Shown in pieces: positions 1 to 15,380 of a stretch of 64,000 nt of DNA. A program made the translations under genes and the position numbers. The stretch is from the human T2T-CHM13v2.0 reference genome, Homo sapiens. The notes beneath the pieces were generated by a model. It had not been told where the DNA came from, ran no database searches, and saw only the letters and a list, made by a program, of their open reading frames with translations. The stretch lies in the NCBI RefSeq assembly GCF_009914755.1, contig NC_060928.1. One strand, given 5' to 3'. The first letter of the stretch is position 1. Each line of letters opens with the position of its first letter.

Positions 1-985
1 GATAAAATCTTAGTTATCCTGTCCTACTGGATTAGACATCAAATTTTATTCTTTTGATGACAGTGTCATTCTATAAATTTAAAATACATAAATTACTTTA
101 ATCCAACCAAGACTTTTATTTCCACGTTCATGCCGTGGGTATAATGTTAACAATGAAGGGCACTAGCAAGAGATTTCTGGGTTTTTCTCCCCTTTTGCTG
201 TTATGTTAACTCTCAAATACTAATTTTGTACTAGTTAAATCTGATGAATCACAATACATGACTTTAAAAAATGTTACATAGAATCCTTTATTGCTTCATT
301 CTCAGAAAAGTGATTGATTAAAAGAAAACTCTATTCAAAAATCAGCTTTTGTCCCTTCTTGTGGTTCTTTCAGTAGAACAACTTATGCTACTCTCTTCTT
401 TTGATCTTGTAATTAGAACATTTTACTGTCTCTGTAAAAAGTGACCCCAAATGAAATGTTTGCTCAAGTGTTAGTATAGCCTTCTCCTGAATGTGTCTAA
501 TCTTATTTTTCTGATCCTATGGTTCTGCTTTTGGTCTCTCTCTCCCTGTTACACTGCTGGTGATGTTAGAACTCTGTTTTGGGAAGGTGCTTCCAATGTT
601 ATGGAAACGCTGTGGGATTTGGGCATGTCATGATATCAAGATACTGAATGGCAAACATAAAGAAGTTATAGCACTTAATTAATCATAGTAGCTTAATTGG
701 ACATTTACCAAATTTTTTTTGGTAAATTTCTTATTCAGAATAGTCCAGGAATCAACTGCTTACGTGCTTAACTTAACAAATAACTGTGGGAGAAAAAAAA
801 TAAAGGGTGCTGAGCAAATTTATATTTCTGTTAATTCCATAGGCCAGTAAAGAAAATTTTTAAAGTGACCTAGAAAAATTAAAGGGAGGTTATCTGTTGA
901 TTAACTCACTGGTGACCATGTTAAGATGCATTTTCAAGTATATACTGAGATGAATGGGAACATATTTGAAGAAAAATAAACCCAG

Positions 986-1365
<380 letters not shown>

Positions 1366-1454
1366 TTACTGTGTTAGGCAGCATATTTTAAGAAGAAAAA
1401 GCATGAGAGAACAACTTTTTTCTGATGCTATTTTCTTCTAGTATTGAAAATATT

Positions 1455-2660
1455 TCTTGATTCATTATCCACTCAACAAACGTTTATTGAATGCTTACTG
1501 TATGCCAAGCACTGTTTTCTGGGGATACATTTTTAAAGATATGTTTCCTCATTGAATTTAAAATACAGTGAATCAGACAGAAATTAAACAGATAACTGCA
1601 TAAATAACCCTAAAATTAGCCTGGTGTGGTGGCACGTGCCTGTAGTCCCAGCAACTCAGGAGACTGAGGCAGAGGGATTGCTTGAGCCCAGGAGTTCAAG
1701 GCTTCAGTGAACAATGATTGTGCCACTGTACTGCAGCCTGGGCAACAGAGTGAGACCCTGTCTCACAAAACAAACAAAACTCTGGAACAGCAGCTGTGAT
1801 AAGTAGTATGAAGAAAAATCACAGAGTACATGAGTTTATGGAAAGATGAACCTAATCCAGCTTGGGAGATCAGGAAAGGCCCTTCTGACAAAGTGTCATT
1901 TAGGCTGAGACCTGAAGGATGAGGGACCAATTCTGTGGAAAAGGAGAAGGAACATTTCAGGATCGTGAATAACATGAATGAAGGCCTTAAGACAGAAAGG
2001 AGGCTGGCACGTTCCCGGTGGGAGCAGAGCCGTGAAGGACTCAACGGGAAGAGAGTCCATGGTGAGCCCAGAGAGCCGGGAGAGGCTGGTATCATGCAGG
2101 CGCATGTGGAGGAGTCTGCTCTGGCCCCTGTGTGATTAGCCTTGAGCAGGGGGCAGAAGACAATAAAGGACACAAGCTCGGGAGATATTGGAAAGTCCAA
2201 GCAGTGTTGGCCTGGTCTAGGCTGGTGGCAGTGAAGTTGGAAATAAGTCAGCAGATTCAAGATGTATTTTCAAGGCTGGGTGCAGTGGCTCATGCCTATA
2301 ATCCTAGCACTTAGGGAGGCCTAGGCAGGTGGAACTTTTGAGCCCAGGAGTTCTAGACCAGTCTGAGCAACATGGCGAAACCCCATCTCTACAAAATACA
2401 TAAAAAGGTAGCTGGATGTGTTGGTGTGCGCTTGTAGTCCCAGCTACTCAGGAGGCTGAGGTGGGAGGACTGCTTGAGCCCAGAAGGTCAAGACTGCAGT
2501 GAGCCGCAATCATGCCACTGTACTCCAGGCTGGGCCATAGAGTGAGACTATGTCTCAAAAAAAAAAGATTTTTTTTTCAAGGTAGAATCAATGGAACCTT
2601 GAAATAGGTTCCATTGAACCTATTTGAGTAGATTGAATATTATGTATGATGATGAAGTTA
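1455..2660 (-). mobile_element. Degraded L2 interrupted by an Alu right arm (1612-1780) and an Alu (2273-2567)
   Basis: caacaaacgtttattgaatgcttactgtatgccaagcactg is the typical L2 3' end; purine-rich L2 body follows. Confidence 0.7.
2273..2567 (+). mobile_element. Alu (AluJ-like)
   Basis: Alu consensus with A tail; gatgtattttt caa / gattttttttt caa flanks resemble a target-site duplication (TSD). Confidence 0.93.
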
Positions 2661-3468
2661 CCCTAATAATACTGAGTACCCTAAAATTTAAGAATCATGA
2701 TGGATTAGTAATTAATTGTTCAGGGGAGGGGAGCAGGGAGCAAGATAAATTCTGCTGTAATTTCTCCCAATGGTGGGAGTGACTTGTCCCTAAGAAGCTA
2801 CCAAATCTTTTTTCTCTTGGACCTAAAAAGTGTCCAATTTAAGATCCATTCAAGAAGCCCCACAGATACACAGGTCACCCTTTTGCATTCCTACCTCCTG
2901 GCACAGTAAATATCTATATCTAATTCTCCTGTGTCATTTCTGTGCTACATTTGCAAACTCTGAATGAACTGTGGTTGTTCTACAATGATTTACACTGTTA
3001 TTTGGCGAGCCCCTGAGCTATAAAATTAAAAAATGACAGACTACTTCCATGGTGTATGGTTTTGTTCACCCAAGAATGACTCATAAATCAATGCAGGAGC
3101 AGTTAGCAGACCACGGCTGTATGGCTCAGTGTTTTTAAGAGTGAAAGAGAAAATTCTATTTTAACTAAAACTAAGGCTTAATTTTTAAATCCACAGAGGT
3201 ACCAAGGCGCCCTCTAATGGTGAACTCAAACAATGCTCTATTTTGTAATGAGCTACAGTTTCAGTTAGAAATTGTGGTAAATTCGTTAGGGAATTATGAA
3301 CAGATTTTTTTCTTTTTTTGTAAAGGCTTTATAATTTCTTAATGTTTGGCCATCAGTTTTGTCTCTTCTATGCATTTTCAGGCTGTATTCTACAAGGCTT
3401 CTTGCCTATTGGTGAAGGGTTATTGGGGGTTTGTCTGTAATGGTTATTGCAGTGTTTCTTTTTCTTAG

Positions 3469-3586
3469 GTCCCCAGCCATGGCTGGGGGATTATTTGCCA
3501 TTGAACGAGAGTTCTTCTTTGAATTGGGTCTCTATGATCCAGGTCTCCAGATTTGGGGTGGTGAAAACTTTGAGATCTCATACAAG
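3469..3586 (+). CDS. GALNT7: GALNT7 internal coding exon (probably exon 7), catalytic Gal/GalNAc-T motif
   Basis: tttcttag|G acceptor and AAG|gtaaca donor; encodes (R)[39 protein letters not shown] with the WGGEN motif of GT27 GalNAc-transferases. Confidence 0.97.
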
Positions 3587-4342
3587 GTAACATTTTATTT
3601 CAACAGATGGAATTCTCCAAGTCGTTACTAACTTCTGTGGCTTTCAGATAAAGCTAGTTTTTTGTGGGGGAAAAAAGCCCACAATTATATCATGCATTTC
3701 TCCAAATTGTATAGAATGATTTAATGAAAATGGATGCCTTTGAGGAAAAAATAAGGCAAAATGCAAGCTCCAAACTTACCATATATTTACAGGGCTCAGC
3801 TCAAAATTGTGGCTAGCAAGCTTTAGAAATGAAAATATCTACCCCCACACCCCAACTTTCTATATATTGGAGCTTTTTATTATAGAAGCCCTTGGAAGAA
3901 TCTGCATGCGTTAGGGCCACAATTGACCACCCACTGACACAGTCACCCTTTACCACTGTAGGACATGATTCAAGACAGAAGCAGAGCCCCACAATGACTG
4001 TATCCTCAGGCTGACTTTGGCGCTGTCTTCCTGCAGCATCCACCCTGTTGTTGAAGCAGTCTGGGAGCAATACTATCTTCCATGCTCCAGCCCCCACCTC
4101 AACCCCTATTCCTACCCCCATTTTCCAAAAGAAAGAGAGAGAGAACTATATCAGAGTGTGAGTTAAACAGGTATTCATTACCTCTTGTCTTAAATGTCCT
4201 GTGCGTAGCACTGTGAGGGATAGAAGAGGAGTAAACCAGTTGTTGCTCTCAAGGAACTTGATAAGAAGATATTAGAATTATACTTAAATTCATAATACAA
4301 GAAGGCAGAATGGCATTCAGTTGGTGTGCTTAAAAAACCGTC

Positions 4343-4691
<349 letters not shown>

Positions 4692-5417
4692 TTAGTAAGC
4701 ACAGATAAGGGATGGGAGGGGGACTTCTAAGCAAGTAGCATGGGGAAAAGTACAAAGAAGAGAACACAAGGAACATTCAGAGAACAGCAAGGAGCAAACT
4801 TTGGCAGAATCAAGCAACATGAATAAGGAAGACATCTAAGAAGATAAAATGGGAAGGTGTATTAGGGCCATATTGAAGAGAGCCTTTAAAGCTGAGTTAA
4901 GAGATTTTTATTTAATTTGATAAGCAGTGGAGAACGATCAAAGATATTAAGCAAGGGAATAACATGACCCAAAGCTGCCCTTCACCTATAATAATCTCTT
5001 GCTATAAATAAGGATAGTTGAGTAGAGAGAAGCCGAAGGTGAAGAAGCCAGTTAGGAGTTTATTATAATAATCACCCAAGTAGGAAATATATTAGCAATG
5101 GAAATGATTAATGAGTTAGGAATAAAGAATCCACATGACTTTGCAAGGTTATATTGGGAGAAAGTTGCTAGGGGCTATGAGTACACAGTAAGAGGCCCCT
5201 TAGTAGCAGTTTATTATTAATACTGTATTCCCTGTTGCCTTCTTGGTTGTTACATGAGCTTTTAAAAGCAAATTATTTTAGGATTTGTTTAGTTTAAGAA
5301 TTCTGTGTGGACACTGTATATAATTTAGATTTTAGATTTACACTTACAAGATAAATTTTCAGTTATGGTTTATGTTTGTATTTGAAACAACTTTCACAAC
5401 GTGTTTTTCCTTCATAG

Positions 5418-5540
5418 ATATGGCAGTGTGGTGGCAAATTATTATTTGTTCCTTGTTCTCGTGTTGGACATATCTACCGTCTTGAGGGCTGGCAAGGAAA
5501 TCCTCCGCCCATTTATGTTGGGTCTTCTCCAACTCTGAAG
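5418..5540 (+). CDS. GALNT7: GALNT7 coding exon (probably exon 8)
   Basis: ttcatag| acceptor and AAG|gtgagt donor; 123 nt; [41 protein letters not shown] (PCSRVGH motif); in frame with the previous exon; not in the ORF track. Confidence 0.97.
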
Positions 5541-5718
5541 GTGAGTTTTTTGGATAAAAGGGGAGGACAGGGAACTAACATTTATGTACCACATGCTATA
5601 GTAGTTACTTAACAATTGTCAGCTTATTGAGTGGGCTCTTCAGCAGTCATGTTGATTCTCACCTTTAACTTAGCTAGACTTATTCACGAAATATCTTATT
5701 GTTCTTTAAGATTATTCA

Positions 5719-5834
5719 GCTGAAGCAGGAGGATTCCTTGAGCCCAGGAGTTCAAGGCTGCAGTGAGCTATGATTGCACCACTGCACTCCCCGCTGGATG
5801 ACAGAACGAGACCCCATCTCTTAAAAAAAAAAAA
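5719..5834 (+). mobile_element. Alu monomer fragment
   Basis: Partial Alu arm with A tail. Confidence 0.85.
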
Positions 5835-5844
5835 GATTGCACCC

Positions 5845-8800
5845 TATTTTTTTAATTGACAAGTAAATATTGTATGTATCTTGTACAATATGATGTTTTG
5901 ATATATGTATACATTGTGGGGATGGCTAAATCTGGCTATTTGGACATGTATTACGTCACCTACTTGTTTTTGTGCTGAGAACACTTAAAATTTGTTCTCA
6001 GCAATTTTCATATATGTAATATATTATAAATTGTAGTCACCATGTTGTATAATAGATCTCTTAAAACTATTGTTCCTAACAGAAGTTTTGTGTCCTTTGA
6101 CCAAAATCAGCCCACTCCCCCCAATCCTCACCTTCTGGTAACCACCATTTTACTATCTGTTTACTTGTTTACACTCCACATGTAAGTAATATCATGCAGT
6201 GTTTGTCTTTCTGTGCCTGGCTTATTTCATTTAACATAATATTCTCCATGTTGTTGCAAGTGACAGGATTTTTTTATTATTTAAGGGTGCATAGTATTAA
6301 TACCATCATGTATATATACCATATTTTCTTTACCCATTCATCTGTTGATGGACACTTAGCTTGATTCCATATCTTGACTATCGTGAATACTGCTGCAATG
6401 AACAGGAGTGTAGATACCTCTTCGATATACAGATTTTATGTCCTTTGGATATATACCTAGTAATGAGATTGCTAGATCAGATGATAGTTCTATTTTTAAT
6501 ATTCTGAGGAACCTCTGTACTGTTTTCCCATAATGGCTGCACCATTTTGCATTCCCACCAACAGGTGGGAAGGGTATCTTGTGGTTTAATTTGCATTTCT
6601 CTGATAATTAATGATGTTGAGCATTTCTTCATATAACTGTTGGCTAGTTGTATGTCTTCTTTTGAGAAATATCTATTCAGGTCCTTTGCCCAATTTAATC
6701 AGGTTGTTTCCTTACTATTGATTTGTTTGAGTTCCTTCTATGTTACGGATATTAGCCCTTACCAGATGTATGGTTTGCAGATGTAGCCTCCCATTCCATA
6801 GATTGTCTACTTTGTTAATTGTTTCCTTTGCTTACAGAAGCTTCTTAGTTTGATATAATTCCATTAGTCTATTTTTATTTTTGTTGCCTGTTCTTTTGGG
6901 GTTGTTACATCCAAAACCAATATCATGGAATTTTTTCTTTTAGAAGTGTTACAGTTTTAGGACTTCACGTAAGTTTTTAATCCATTTTGAGTTGATTTTT
7001 ATATATGGTGTGAGATGAAGGTCTAGTTTCATTCTTTTGCATATGGATATCTAGTTTTCCATTTATTGAAGAGACTGTGTTTTCCCTCATGTGTTCTCAG
7101 CATCTACCTTGAAAATCAATTGACCATAAATGCGTGGATTATTTCTGGCCTCTCTGTTCTGTTCTTTTGGTCTATGTGTCTGTTTTTATGTGAGTACCAT
7201 ACTGTTTTGATTACTATAGCTTAGTAGTAGATTTTGAAATCAGGTAGTGTGATGCCTCCAGCTTCGTTCTTTTTGCTCAAGATTGCTTTAGCTATTCAGG
7301 GTTTTTTGTGGATCCATATGAATTTTAGGATGGATTTTTTTATTTCTGGGAAAAATGTCCTTGGAATTTAGATAGAGATTATATTGAATCTGTAGTTTGC
7401 TTTTATAATATGGATATTTTAATAATATTAGTTCTTTGAATCCATGATCACAGGGTATCTTTCCATTTATTTTGTGTATTCTTCAATTTATTTCATCAGT
7501 GTTTTATAGTTTTCAGCATGTAGATTTTTTCACCTCCTAAATATTTTATTGTTTTGCTTAGCTATTGTAAATCGGATTGTTTTCTTAGTTTGTTTTACAG
7601 ATAGACCACCGTTAGCATATAGAAACACTACTGATTTTTCTATGTTGATTTTCCTGCAACTTTATTAGATTTGTTTATTAGTTCTAACAGCTTTTTAATA
7701 GAGTCTCTTTAGGGTTTTGAATATATAAGATTATGTCATCTGCAGAGACAGTTTACTTCTTTTCTGATTTGGATGTCTTTTCTTTCTCTTGTCTAGTTGC
7801 TCTGGCTAAAACTTCCAGTAGTATGTTGAATAGAAGTGGGGAGAGTGGGCATCCTTGTCTTGTTCTTAATTGTAGAGGAAGAGCTTTCAACTTTTCATCA
7901 TTGAGTATAATGTTTGCTGTGGACTTGTCATGTATGGCCTTTATTGTGTTGAGGTACAATCCTCATGTAATTTGTTGAAGCTTTTTACATTGAATTTTGT
8001 CAAATGCCTTTTTCACATCTATTGAGATGATTATATGGTTTTTGTCCTTCATTCTGTTAATGTGGAGTATCACATTTACTGATTTGTGTATGTTGAATCA
8101 TCCTTGCATCCCAGGGATAAAGCCCACTTGGTCATTGTAAATGTTATTTCAATTATTTCTCTGTGTTTGATTGAAGGTAACTGAGCTTCTGTAAAACAAT
8201 TATTTAGAATTATTTATCCAGGTCTACTACTGGGAGATTATTGTGATCTTCTAGTGGTATTATGTCCTCTTCATTTTTCAGTTTCTTATTGACTTACATT
8301 AATGCCTGTGCATTTTGTGGACCAGTCACCTCTTGCGGACTTTACAGGCTGGTTTCAGCTTCCTCTATGGGGGAAGGAAGGTGTGAGGGTACTTGCTTGG
8401 TGGGATATAGCAGTTCTGGGACTACTGAGGATACCAGGTATATATTCCCTGTGCAGATCAGCCCACCAAGGTCAGTGTTGGCAAAGATTCTAGTGCTCCT
8501 CAGTGGCTAATGCTGTAGATATCTATAGTGGCAGTGAGGCATGTTGGGGTCTTTGGGTATGGCTGCCAAGGTCATCCTGATTTTTCTCTCATTGCAGAAG
8601 TTGAATGCCCCTTGGCACTGGTTCTGACTCATAGGCTCACTTGCAGCGGCAGTGGCCCTTGTAGAGTGGCTGGGGAGCTGAGGACTGAAGCACAAGCATG
8701 AGTGGAGAGACTATGGCTACAGGATCTTGGACAGTTTAAAAACCCCAGGACTTAGGGCACAGATATTTCGCTACTGTATTGATAACAGAATGCGAGGTAC

Positions 8801-9705
8801 CAGATGTTTGTGAGACAGCTGAAGTAGCCAAGAATGGGAGCACAGATGTGCTCAGAGTTAATCCAGCTCTAGGGACAGAGTGGTGCCTAGGTCTCTATGG
8901 CAGCTGAGCTGGTGCTTGGGACATAGGTACCTCTGCTGCCATGTTGGTAGCAGTATGTGAGGCCCAGATGCTTGTGAAGTAGCTTTTAGAGCCAAGGAAA
9001 GGAGCAGAAGCATGCGTAGAGTTAGAGCAGCTCCTGAGTTGGGGTGGGTTCTAGCTCTCTGTTGCAGCTGATCCAGGGCCTGGAGATGGGGCATGCACAA
9101 TAAAGGCGTGGCTCTGAGGCCTGGAGCATGAACGAACTATAGCAATGGTTCTAGTGTCGGGGCAGGCCCAGTGCAGCCACAGAGCCTGGGGCTGCAATGT
9201 GGACACTAGCAGAACAACTGTGGCTTCAGGATCAGGGCTCACTGGGCCATGGGAGAATTGGCAGAGCTTTGCCCAAAGTAATTCAAGAGTAGCTGCTGCT
9301 TGGATGGTGGTGAATGTTCAGATGCATCTCCCTCTCTGGGGTTCCCCAGCAGAAGGGCTGTCGTTTACCTCAGTGGCAAGTGATGCCAGTGTCCTCTAGG
9401 GAGCAGGCCTCTGGAAACTATGGTAGTTCCTGCTGCATGGCCGATACCAATAGCATCTGCCTTTCTTCTTTGTTCCTAGCTATCTCCTTGTGCCTCAGGT
9501 ATGTAGACCTCACAGGTGATCCTGTCCTATGTAGATATTCTTCGTTTCTTTTCCTCCATTGTGTTGCTGCAGATTCTTCAATGGGCCCTGGAGCTCTCTC
9601 TGGGCTATTTGGGTTTGTGAATAGGTGTCTGTATTTGTTTTTTAGTTGTGGGGGAATAAAGGCTGGTGTCTCCTACTTTGCCATCTTGGTGACCTCACCT
9701 CCCAT
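5845..9705 (-). mobile_element. Old LINE-1 (L1MA-like), internally deleted
   Basis: L1 3'UTR at ~5850; RT remnant [19 protein letters not shown]...[13 protein letters not shown] (7753-7959); GC-richer 5'UTR-like block 8300-9700 ending in CAAGATGGC. Confidence 0.85.
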
Positions 9706-10044
9706 TATATCCCATTCTGATTAAGATTCCTATATTGAATGTTCTCCATGAATACATTTCAAATAAACTCAAAAAAGTCTGACACTGTGTAGGGAAATAG
9801 TTGAAGGGAAAAATACTAGCTTCTGTTATTCACACATGAGTAAAATATGGTTTGGTTTTTTTTTTAATTTAGATAATCATGTTAGGAGTTTGCATAATAA
9901 GCAAAATCGAATTTTTGAACAGTGCTTACAAAAGATTAATATCTCTTGTCCCTCAAAGATTGAAAAGTTAATGTGAATATCCTTTGTCCTGTTGTATTCT
10001 GCCTCCATATTCTCTATCTCTGTCACATAAAATAGAGGAAAATT

Positions 10045-10435
<391 letters not shown>

Positions 10436-12141
10436 CTATGCCATAAATATAGAACTAGGATTGATAATCTATATTTTACCAAAACTCATGAACCTGCAGA
10501 AAAACAAAACATTGGTTTTTAAAACATTTTGGAAATGTTAAAAAATATTTTTTGAATAAATAAAATGTATTTAACTTAAACTGAACGGGACTGTTTTAGT
10601 AGGATGAGCATCCTCCCGGGCTTCTTTCCCAGTCACACGTTTATTAGGAAATAAATCACAGTTCTAGTTCCTTCTATTGATTCTCCCCATTCCAGGGAGT
10701 GTACGTGCTCTCTCTCAGCTTCCTCAAATGAGATATGTCATAGTCGCCGTCTTCCAAGAGAATGACAGTTTCTAGCTGGGGAGGACAGAATTAGAAGTAG
10801 TGTAGTGGTGAATGATGACCTGGTGATTATCCAGCCATGTTGGGGTCTCCCAGTTCTTTGACATTTCATCCCAGACTAGTGACACTTAGGGGTGGCATTT
10901 ATTTATGAAACAAACCAAGGAAGCTTCATGCAGACATCCAGATGTCCCACTGCTTGGAGGACAAAGACCTCTATCCCTGGCAAAACAACTTTGAGGTTTA
11001 TTTGGTTGGGCTGCTTTCATAAGTTCTAAGAGGCATGCAACTCTGATGCCCCTCATTTTCTGGAACGCTTAACCAAGTCAAGTTTATTGTTGGCTGTAGA
11101 CACAACTTGGGACAGTTCATAAAATGGGAATAGGTAATAAGCAGACAGCTAAGCTTTCAGAGCCAGAACATCCTTCTCATTGGCCAAATGAAGCCCCAGC
11201 TACAACAGGGGATGAGATTTAAATGTCTGTGATAAAACAAAAATAGCACCAAATTAACACCAGGCATGATTGACATTGCAGGAAATTCCCCTTGGAGTTG
11301 GACTCAACAATCACGAAGAATTGATGAAAAGCCAAATTGACTCAAAAAAAGTCTATTCTGAAAGAAAAACTAAAAGAGCTGAGAGGTGGCTATTTATCCT
11401 CTCTAAAAATTAGCTATATATACCATACAAACTACCCAGTAAGTGTGAATTTAGCATACACTTAGTGAGTACCCAGCATGTGCCAGGCACTTTCTTTTCT
11501 CCAGTTTTGACAGCATCTACTTGAGCCATCAGGGGGCCAGTGGCCAGGTCTGTTTCTCCAGCTCATTTGTCTCCTCTGAGCCTCAAACCTTCTAGAGTTA
11601 TCCTCTTTGATGTCCTTTAGATCTTCCACTCAACAGAAGTCAAAACTGACCTTTAACTTTTCCTCAAAAGTGATTCCTTCCACTGTGTTCTCTATTTGCC
11701 CGTGAATGAAACTTAGGGAGGCATGTAGAGTTGTTCCCTGTCCCTCCCCCTTACCAAGTGCTGGTGATTCTGCCTCACATATAGCTCTTCAATCCATCCC
11801 TTTCTATACTTAGTGCAGCCCCTCAAATCTCTCCCATGAATAGTAAATAGCCTCCTACTTGGCTCTTTGCCATCAAGTTCAACCCCCTTCAGTCTACCCT
11901 CCACTCACTACCGGTGTCATTGATCTGAAAATTAAATCTGATGTCACTTACCTGCTTAAAACGTTTTTATGGTTGTCATCTCAAGGGTAAAATTCAAAGT
12001 TCTTTTAAAAATAATAATATTAATAATAGCTAACATATGGTAAGTACTTACAGTGTACCAGGCATAAATCTAAATCCTTTATATAGATTAACTTCTTAAT
12101 TTTCACAACACACTATGAGGTAAGGACTATATCCTCATCTA

Positions 12142-12449
<308 letters not shown>

Positions 12450-12777
12450 TGAAGAAACTGAAGCAAGTTTTCTCCCAGTGAATACTGCATTCCAGTTTTT
12501 GTAAACTACTTGCTATACTGCAATACACCATGATTTGTCATACTGCATTTGCTTTTCTCTTTGCCCTGAATACCATTCCCACCTAATTAACCACTCCTTC
12601 GAGATGGGGCAACACAGTGCCACTCTGGCCCTGTCCATCTGAGAAAACTAATTGCTCCTTCTTTTTGTTGCCATAATCTTACATGTGTATACATAACTCT
12701 TCAGGTTTGTTCATGTCTAGAGTACATGTACTGTGTCTAATTTCGTATGGATTTGCAAAGATTCAGAATGTTTAGTG

Positions 12778-13207
12778 GTATATTAGTCTGTTTTCACACT
12801 GCTATAAAGATATACTTGAGACTCGGTAATTTATAAAGAAAAGAGGTTTAATTGGCTCACAGTTCTGCAGGCTGTACAGGAAGCTTGGCAGCTTCCGCTT
12901 CTAAGAAAGCTCAGGAAGCTTCCAATTATAGTGGAATGCAAAGGGGGAGCAAGGCGTCTCACCTGGTGGGAGCAGGAGCAAGAGAGAGAAGCAGGAAGGT
13001 GCTACACACTTTTCACCAACCAGATGTCACAAGAACTCAGAGTCACAAGGACAGTGTGGGCATGGGGGTGGGGGGTGGACTGGTGGTAAATCATTCATGG
13101 AGGATCCACCCCATGAACCAGTCACCATCCACCAGGCCCCGCCTCCAACATTGGGGATTATAATTGGTCCTGAAATTTGGGTAGGGACACAGATCCAAAC
13201 CATATCA
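12778..13207. mobile_element. MaLR LTR (MSTA/MSTB-like)
   Basis: tattagtctgttttcacactgctataaag ... gggacacagatccaaaccatatca termini. Confidence 0.9.
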
Positions 13208-13374
13208 AGTGGTAATATCGTATGTTCTTTTATCATGCTGCTTATAACAGCTTTTTTTAAACCCATGGGCTTTTGTGACAACAATGCATCTAGGGGCATG
13301 TTCACCCTTTGATAGTTATCTTGTTGCCTAGAAAACATTTAATCTGAACACTAGGTATTTCTTTTTTGAATGTA

Positions 13375-13590
13375 AAACATGGGTCGGCCACATGGCTGAC
13401 AGGCCAAATCCAACCCTTTTTAGTAAATCAAGTTGTATTAGAAGATAGCCACACTCATTTGTTTGTGTATTATCTACGGTTACTTTCTCACTACAATAGC
13501 AGAGTCAAATAGTTGCCACAGAGACTGTATAGCCCAAAAAGCCCAAGATACTTACTATCTGGCCCTTTATAGAGAATATTTGCTGATGCA
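13375..13590. mobile_element. MER58-like hAT MITE
   Basis: ggccaaatcc...tactatctggccctttatagagaatatttgctga pattern. Confidence 0.75.
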
Positions 13591-13617
13591 TGATGTACAA
13601 GATTAAGGGATTGAGTA

Positions 13618-14050
13618 TTATTTTAGTTCATTTAGTGTTGCTACAACAGAACACCTGAGGCTGGGTAATTTATCAAGAAAAGAGGTTTATTTATTCACGA
13701 TTCTGGTGGTTTGAAAATTCAGGCTTGGGCAGCTACATCTGGTGAGGGCCTTATGCTGCTTCAGCTCATGATGGGAAGCAGAAGGGGAATGCACATGTGC
13801 AAAGAGATCATCACATGGCGAGAGAGGAAGCAAGAGAGAGACCAAGGAAGCCAGACTCTTTAACAAACTACTCTTGTGGGAACGAATCCACTTCTGTGAG
13901 AGCAAGAACTCACCCCCTCACCTCCATAGGAGGCCATTAATGTATTAACAACCCAAACTCCTCCCAGCAGGCCCTGCCTCCCAGCATTGCCACATTGGGC
14001 ATCACATTTCAACATGAATGTTGGCAGAGACAAATCACATGCAAATTATC
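13618..14050. mobile_element. MaLR LTR (MSTC/MSTD-like)
   Basis: cacctgaggctgggtaatttatcaagaaaagaggtttattt ... tttcaacatgaa. Confidence 0.8.
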
Positions 14051-14197
14051 ACTCAAGTGTGTACCAATTTGGTCACATATATTCATGCAACCATTCATTC
14101 ATCAATTAAAGCTTTAAAAGCTAGATATTTGTCAGCTATCACAGTGTCAGCATATTTTATTGCTCTATAGCTGCTTTTTCTTAAAGTGAACCAACTG

Positions 14198-14500
<303 letters not shown>

Positions 14501-14692
14501 AATTAAAAAAAGGAACCAACTGGGGAAAATACCCAGTCCATTTGGGGTTATAGTAAAATAGTTCTATTATAGTTATAACAGGATCAATAAAATCACCTGC
14601 AAAAATGTGTTTTATTAAACAGAGCTTTTGTTTCTCATGATGGTTTCTGAAATGATATTTTTTTCCCTACACTTATCAACAGAACGATTCTA

Positions 14693-15025
<333 letters not shown>

Positions 15026-15380
15026 GATTATTATAGGGAAAGAAGTACAGTGTCCAGCCAAGCTCTCATAAACTCTCTCTGAGATTCAATTTATTCTTCT
15101 GTTAGCAGAATAGAATACATTATCTCAGCATATATGATCTTCCAGCTCAGGGATATCAGGTTTTGTACAATACTTTTTACTTAAATACACATGATATTTT
15201 AATCCTTGGCAGATGACATATTAGAGTCATTAACTTGCATTTGTTGTTTAATTAAATGCCAGGTCCTGTTGAAATGAATTTGTTATGTGTAGGCCATTTT
15301 CATGTGTCTAATATAGGCTGTTTATGATATGACATTTGTATTTTTATAACGATATATATATATATATTTTTTTTTTACAG

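Noticed and set aside
7753-7959. Reverse-transcriptase-like ORF (also 53728-53982)
   Set aside because: Short, disrupted LINE-1 ORF2 remnants; not an active or novel RT system
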